From a virus (lineage: Duplodnaviria; Heunggongvirae; Uroviricota; Caudoviricetes), in the IMG/VR virus record IMGVR_UViG_2802429242_000007: 9,683 bases of DNA. One strand, written 5' to 3'. The position numbers and the translations under genes are program-made. The notes under the pieces are model-generated. The model saw nothing but the letters and a program-made list of their open reading frames with translations, was not told the DNA's origin and did no database searches. Position 1 is the first letter of the stretch. Each line of letters starts with the position of its first letter. Below are positions 6,011-9,683 of this stretch, one piece after another.

Positions 6011-6888
6011 GCAATGATATCGCAATCACATCACAACCAGGCGCAACTGTAGGTACTGCTGCGGCAATCTTCAGCCCGGAGGGCATGAATCAACTGGTGC
6101 GTTTCGCGGAGTTGATGTCACAAAGCAAAGCGACTGTACCGAAACATCTTGAAGGCAAACCTGCCGATTGTCTGGCGGTGACCATGCAGGCGGCACAGTG
6201 GGGAATGAACCCTTTCGCCGTGGCGCAGAAAACGCATGTGGTAAACGGAACGTTAGGCTACGAAGCACAGTTGGTAAACGCGGTCGTATCCTCTTCCAGC
6301 CTGCTAGCGACACGCCTGAATTATCGCTGGAGCGGTGACTGGTCGAATGTTAACGGCAAAACAGATAAATCACCGAATCTGACGGTAACTGTGTCAGCAG
6401 TTCTTAAAGGAGAAGCAGAACCCCGTGAGCTTACCATCAGTATGGCGCAAGCCGGAGTGCGTAACTCTCCATTGTGGGAACAGGATCCGCGCCAGCAACT
6501 TGCCTATCTTTGCACGAAACGATGGGCTCGCCTGCACGCTCCTGATGTACTTCTCGGTGTTTACACCCCAGACGAATTACAGGAAACGGCACCGCGCGTT
6601 GAGCGAGACATTACTCCGCAAACGACTACTGCTGCGGGAATGAACAGTCTGATCAACGCTAAACCAGCGAAAAAGCATGATGAGCAAACGCGTAAAGCGG
6701 ATAGCCGTGATCCAGAAGAAATGCTGATGGCCTTTACCAGCGCAGCGATGAATTACAGCACTGTCTCCGAACTGGATAAGGCTTACAAATACATTGCACA
6801 AAAACTTTCAGATGATGACGAACTGCTGGCAAAAGCCACCGACGTTTACAGCGTTCGTCGGGAAGAATTAAACGAAACATCTATGTAA
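6007..6888 (+). CDS. RecT/Red-beta family single-strand annealing protein, 293 aa
   Basis: Core ...CLAVTMQAAQWGMNPFAVAQKTHVVNG... resembles the RecT/Bet conserved region, and an ERDITP motif is shared with my recollection of lambda Bet. Sits immediately after the exonuclease with an ATGA overlap. Confidence 0.75.
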   Translation: MSNDIAITSQPGATVGTAAAIFSPEGMNQLVRFAELMSQSKATVPKHLEGKPADCLAVTMQAAQWGMNPFAVAQKTHVVNGTLGYEAQLVNAVVSSSSLLATRLNYRWSGDWSNVNGKTDKSPNLTVTVSAVLKGEAEPRELTISMAQAGVRNSPLWEQDPRQQLAYLCTKRWARLHAPDVLLGVYTPDELQETAPRVERDITPQTTTAAGMNSLINAKPAKKHDEQTRKADSRDPEEMLMAFTSAAMNYSTVSELDKAYKYIAQKLSDDDELLAKATDVYSVRREELNETSM

Positions 6889-6896
6889 CCACCACC

Positions 6897-6915
6897 GCGG
6901 CGCAACACGCGCCGC
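6897..6915 (+). other. GC-rich hairpin without a U-tract, between the annealing-protein and excisionase genes
   Basis: GCGGCGC-aacac-GCGCCGC (perfect 7-bp stem), 9 nt after the TAA stop; no T-run follows. Confidence 0.4.
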
Positions 6916-6937
6916 ACTGCAACCAAGAGAGGTATTT

Positions 6938-7186
6938 ATGAAAGGTGCATTAGGTAAGAAGGAACTCCTGGCGGTGGTGCCACTGTCATGGAGCACTATC
7001 GACCGTATGGAGCGCGCAGGGGAATTTCCTAAACGCTGGTATATCACTGACAAACGCTGCGCATGGAACCGTGATGAAGTTGAGCGTTGGCTTGATGAAC
7101 GTCAGGCAGCAAGCCCGGCAGAGTTCCAAGGTAAAAAACCTCCTGTTCAGCAACGTGTATATCGTCCTGTGAGCAACGCGGCATGA
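6938..7186 (+). CDS. AlpA/Xis-family excisionase-like DNA-binding protein, 82 aa
   Basis: LLAVVPLSWSTIDRMERAGEFPKRWYITDKRCAWNRDEVERWLDER fits the AlpA/excisionase winged-helix pattern; GAGAGG 6 nt upstream of the ATG. Confidence 0.75.
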   Translation: MKGALGKKELLAVVPLSWSTIDRMERAGEFPKRWYITDKRCAWNRDEVERWLDERQAASPAEFQGKKPPVQQRVYRPVSNAA

Positions 7187-7299
7187 GTGTGCTGCTAAAG
7201 CACTGGAGCAAATGGTCAGGATGGTACTTATTCCTGGCCTCTGTTTCAGCATGGCTTTATCTGCTGGCATTAATTTTCAGAGAGGGTTGGATTAAGTGA
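7183..7299 (+). CDS. small hydrophobic peptide, 38 aa, possibly membrane-associated
   Basis: ATG overlaps the excisionase stop (ATGA at 7183-7186); MSVLLKHWSKWSGWYLFLASVSAWLYLLALIFREGWIK has one predicted transmembrane-like stretch. Not in the ORF track (short). Confidence 0.4.
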   Translation: MSVLLKHWSKWSGWYLFLASVSAWLYLLALIFREGWIK

Positions 7300-7595
7300 G
7301 AGAGTTAAGCCGACTTGAAAAATATCACATGAACAAGGTTTCAATGCGCAGCCCTTCAAAGGTTGTTGCCGTTACTCCTGCGGCGATAGAGATCGAAAAA
7401 CGCGCGATTGAAAGAGAGCAAAAAGGGCAATTCCGAATTGCCGCCTACCTTTGGCTTCAGTGTATGGATGTTGCTTCTGGTGATGTTGAGCGTGCAAGGA
7501 TCGCGGTTCGCAGGGACCAATGTATCACAAAAGGTAACGGCCTTCGCCGTGGCGACTATAGCGGCATAGGATGTTGTGGGGTGGTTTATGACTAA
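7296..7595 (+). CDS. ANR-like (Aar-type) small regulatory protein; start uncertain
   Basis: ...AAIEIEKRAIEREQKGQFRIAAYLWLQCMDVASGDVERARIAVRRDQC... resembles the ANR family pattern. Start may be GTG 7296 (GTGA overlap with the peptide stop), ATG 7329 or ATG 7344. 3' end overlaps the methyltransferase start by 8 nt. Confidence 0.5.
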   Translation: MRELSRLEKYHMNKVSMRSPSKVVAVTPAAIEIEKRAIEREQKGQFRIAAYLWLQCMDVASGDVERARIAVRRDQCITKGNGLRRGDYSGIGCCGVVYD

Positions 7596-8238
7596 GAAAT
7601 ACACACTAATCTATGCAGATCCACCCTGGGTATACCGGGACAAAGCCGCAGATGGTAATCGCGGTGCCGGTTTTAAATATCCGGTTATGAGTGTGCTGGA
7701 TATCTGCCGCCTTCCTGTGTGGGATTTGGCCGATGAAAACTGTCTGTTGGCCATGTGGTGGGTGCCAACACAACCACTCGAAGCACTAAAAGTTGTTGAA
7801 GCCTGGGGATTCCGTCTGATGACGATGAAGGGCTTCACGTGGATAAAATGTGGTAGTCGACAACCAGATAAACTTGTTATGGGTATGGGACACATGACTC
7901 GCGCCAATAGTGAAGATTGCCTGTTTGCGGTAAAGGGAAAACTACCTACGCGCATTAATGCAGGGATCGTTCAGTCATTTACCGCACCGCGGCTTGAGCA
8001 TTCAAGAAAGCCAGATATCGTTCGTGAAAAACTTGTGCAATTATTAGGCGATGTTTCTCGCATTGAACTGTTCGCCCGCCAGACGTCTCATGGCTTCGAT
8101 GTTTGGGGTAATCAGTGCGAAGACCCGGCAGTGCAACTACACCCTGGATACGCGTTGGATATTGGCGGATTAACAAATGCATTCAGCAATGCTCCGCTGT
8201 CACCAACAGACAACCAGGGACGGGAGCGTGCTGCATGA
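7588..8238 (+). CDS. MT-A70-family DNA N6-adenine methyltransferase, 216 aa
   Basis: DPPW catalytic motif near the N-terminus (YTLIYADPPWVYRD) and downstream conserved blocks (LLAMWW, EAWGF, GMGHMTRANSEDCLFAVKG). Start at ATG 7588 with GGGGTGG upstream rather than the track's GTG at 7576. Confidence 0.85.
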   Translation: MTKKYTLIYADPPWVYRDKAADGNRGAGFKYPVMSVLDICRLPVWDLADENCLLAMWWVPTQPLEALKVVEAWGFRLMTMKGFTWIKCGSRQPDKLVMGMGHMTRANSEDCLFAVKGKLPTRINAGIVQSFTAPRLEHSRKPDIVREKLVQLLGDVSRIELFARQTSHGFDVWGNQCEDPAVQLHPGYALDIGGLTNAFSNAPLSPTDNQGRERAA

Positions 8239-8429
8239 ACAGGGCATCACCAGCAGATTTAAGAAAATGCCTTGAAACTGCAAACATGCTTGCACACAGC
8301 GGGATCAGGTTTGTTCCAATTCCCGCTGTCACTGATGCTGAATTTGCAACACTGTCAGCAATATTCGAAAACAAAATTGAATCACTGGCAGCAGAAGCAG
8401 AGATGGAAGAAAATCAGCAGAACTATTAA
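8235..8429 (+). CDS. hypothetical small protein, 64 aa, translationally coupled to the methyltransferase
   Basis: ATG 8235 overlaps the methyltransferase stop (ATGA); MNRASPADLRKCLETANMLAHSGIRFVPIPAVTDAEFATLSAIFENKIESLAAEAEMEENQQNY. The track's longer version (from 8115) overlaps the methyltransferase in another frame and is rejected. Confidence 0.55.
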   Translation: MNRASPADLRKCLETANMLAHSGIRFVPIPAVTDAEFATLSAIFENKIESLAAEAEMEENQQNY

Positions 8430-8432
8430 ACG

Positions 8433-9683
8433 TTATTCCCCCGCCATCCACTTCTCAAACTTCGACGGGGAGAACGGAATCAGATCCGTATGCTCCCCGT
8501 CAATCCATGAATCAATCATATCGGCCCACTGCTGCAACATGTAGGCGCGCTGTCTGGCGTATTCCGCTTTGTTATATACGGCGCGCACACCTTTCTGCTC
8601 ATGTGCCAGAGCCTTTTCAATCCAGTCTGAAGGATAACCAGCCTCATGCAACAACGTACTGGCTGTACGGCGCATATCATGTACAGTGAAGTCCTGAATA
8701 TGCTCACCATCTTCATTTATTATTTTCACCGTTCTGTCGATCAGAGAGTTCAGCGCGGCATTAGATAATGGCTTCCGGAAATTGTAACGACCAGGAACCA
8801 GATATTCACTTCCACCAGCGCACATCTGCAACCCGACCAATATATCCTGTGCCTGTTTAGGCAGGTAAATAACGTGCGCCCGGCTTCCCTTCATGCGGTC
8901 TGGAGGAATTGTCCATGTCCATTTTTTAAAATCTATTTCATCCCACGTTGCATTGGTGAATTCGCCCTTACGAACCATAGTGATAAGCACCAGTTTTAAA
9001 GCCATTTTCATAGTGCCCATAGCACCAATGGCATCCAGCGTGCGGAAGAACAGGCCAATTTCTTCTGGTGTCAGTGTTCGCTCTCGTGGTTTAAATATGG
9101 CGATAGACGAAGGTTTAATGTCAGCCGCAGGATTAAACAAACCATGACCACGGTCATTGGCGTGACGGTATACGCTACTGATGATCTCCCTGGCCTGCAC
9201 TGCTGTTGCCCGGCCACCGCGTTCGACAATCCGGTCACACAAATCACGAACCATCGATGTGGTAATTTCAGCCATCATTTTATTGCCAAGAGCCGGAAGT
9301 ATGTCACGGTCGATCACCGCCTGTTTCATTGCGCGGGTACTGTCAGCCAGGATGACGTGTTTCATATAACTGTCGGTATGTACCGCAAACGTCTCGGCAC
9401 CACGAATCTTTTTGATACCGTCACGTTTAGCCGCAGCCGGTGACTGGCCTGCTTTAAGCAGCTTCTTTGCAGCAATCAGTTCTTCTCGCGCTTCTGCCAG
9501 GCTGATACCGTCACGCCCATACTGCCCGATTACCAGTGTTTCGCGGCGACCGTTGATACGGTAGTCATAGCGAAACGAGACCGTGCCTGACGTAAGCACA
9601 GCTACATACAGCCCGTCACGATCGGAGACCTTGTACAGTTTGTCCTGCGGCTTGAGGTTTTTTAATTTTGTATCGGTAAGCAC
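8433..9683 (-). CDS. int: tyrosine site-specific integrase, P4-like family; 5' end at or just beyond the window edge
   Basis: 416 codons; N-terminal arm-binding-type sequence (LTDTKLKNLKPQDKLYKVSDRDGLYVAV) and a C-terminal catalytic region with the H-x-x-R box (HDMRRTASTLL) and a Tyr-containing tail (VYNKAEYARQRAYMLQQWADMID). The first in-window codon is GTG at 9683, so the true start may lie 1-3 codons outside. Confidence 0.9.
   Translation of the reverse strand: MLTDTKLKNLKPQDKLYKVSDRDGLYVAVLTSGTVSFRYDYRINGRRETLVIGQYGRDGISLAEAREELIAAKKLLKAGQSPAAAKRDGIKKIRGAETFAVHTDSYMKHVILADSTRAMKQAVIDRDILPALGNKMMAEITTSMVRDLCDRIVERGGRATAVQAREIISSVYRHANDRGHGLFNPAADIKPSSIAIFKPRERTLTPEEIGLFFRTLDAIGAMGTMKMALKLVLITMVRKGEFTNATWDEIDFKKWTWTIPPDRMKGSRAHVIYLPKQAQDILVGLQMCAGGSEYLVPGRYNFRKPLSNAALNSLIDRTVKIINEDGEHIQDFTVHDMRRTASTLLHEAGYPSDWIEKALAHEQKGVRAVYNKAEYARQRAYMLQQWADMIDSWIDGEHTDLIPFSPSKFEKWMAGE

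Noticed and set aside
5487-6025. Minus-strand ORFs of 95 and 142 aa inside the exonuclease gene
   Set aside because: Antisense to a well-supported CDS, with no ribosome-binding site and no recognisable domains.
6941-6957. Operator-like half-site (catta-GGTAA) at the start of the excisionase gene
   Set aside because: Only the right arm matches; the left arm is AGGTG rather than TTACC, and it lies inside coding sequence.
8115-8234. Upstream extension of the 64-aa ORF giving the 104-aa track ORF
   Set aside because: It overlaps the 3' end of the methyltransferase in another frame; the ATG at 8235 forms a typical ATGA overlap with the methyltransferase stop.
8507-9443. Plus-strand ORFs of 60-99 aa inside the integrase gene
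   Set aside because: Antisense to a confidently identified integrase; Cys/Arg-rich translations typical of spurious frames.
8429-9683. Search for an att core or tRNA gene next to the integrase
   Set aside because: No tRNA-like cloverleaf or obvious att repeat is visible inside the window; the attachment site is probably beyond the right edge, upstream of the int 5' end.

Overview
This window reads as the early region of a lambdoid (lambda-like) prophage, probably from an enterobacterial host (about 50% GC; host is inference), ending at a P4-type tyrosine integrase whose 5' end touches the right window edge. All calls rest on reading the six-frame translations and the DNA by eye; no database search was run. 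Layout: a leftward operon (minus strand) runs from a divergent control region at about 3850-4000 through a Cro-like HTH gene, an intrinsic terminator, a small zinc-finger gene, an O-like replication initiator with an embedded iteron array, and a lambda P-like helicase loader. A second leftward promoter-operator cassette (1537-1614) then drives a small PD-(D/E)XK nuclease, a 159-aa unknown and an Ead/Ea22-like protein that runs off the left edge. Rightward (plus strand): a tandem-HTH repressor with no peptidase domain (4000-4584) and its terminator, then a promoter-operator cassette (4641-4718) driving a 50-aa ORF, a 99-aa unknown, a RecE-C-terminal-type exonuclease, a RecT/Red-beta annealing protein, an AlpA/Xis-like excisionase, a 38-aa hydrophobic peptide, an ANR-like small regulator, an MT-A70 adenine methyltransferase and a 64-aa ORF that ends 3 bp from the convergent integrase stop. 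The most striking signal is a 15-bp inverted-repeat operator (TTACC-N5-GGTAA) present eight times in four intergenic clusters, with two outward-facing cassettes of identical geometry. No tRNA, att site, CRISPR array, structural or lysis genes are visible. I did not find a clearly novel system; the best candidate for one is the integrase-proximal methyltransferase cassette.
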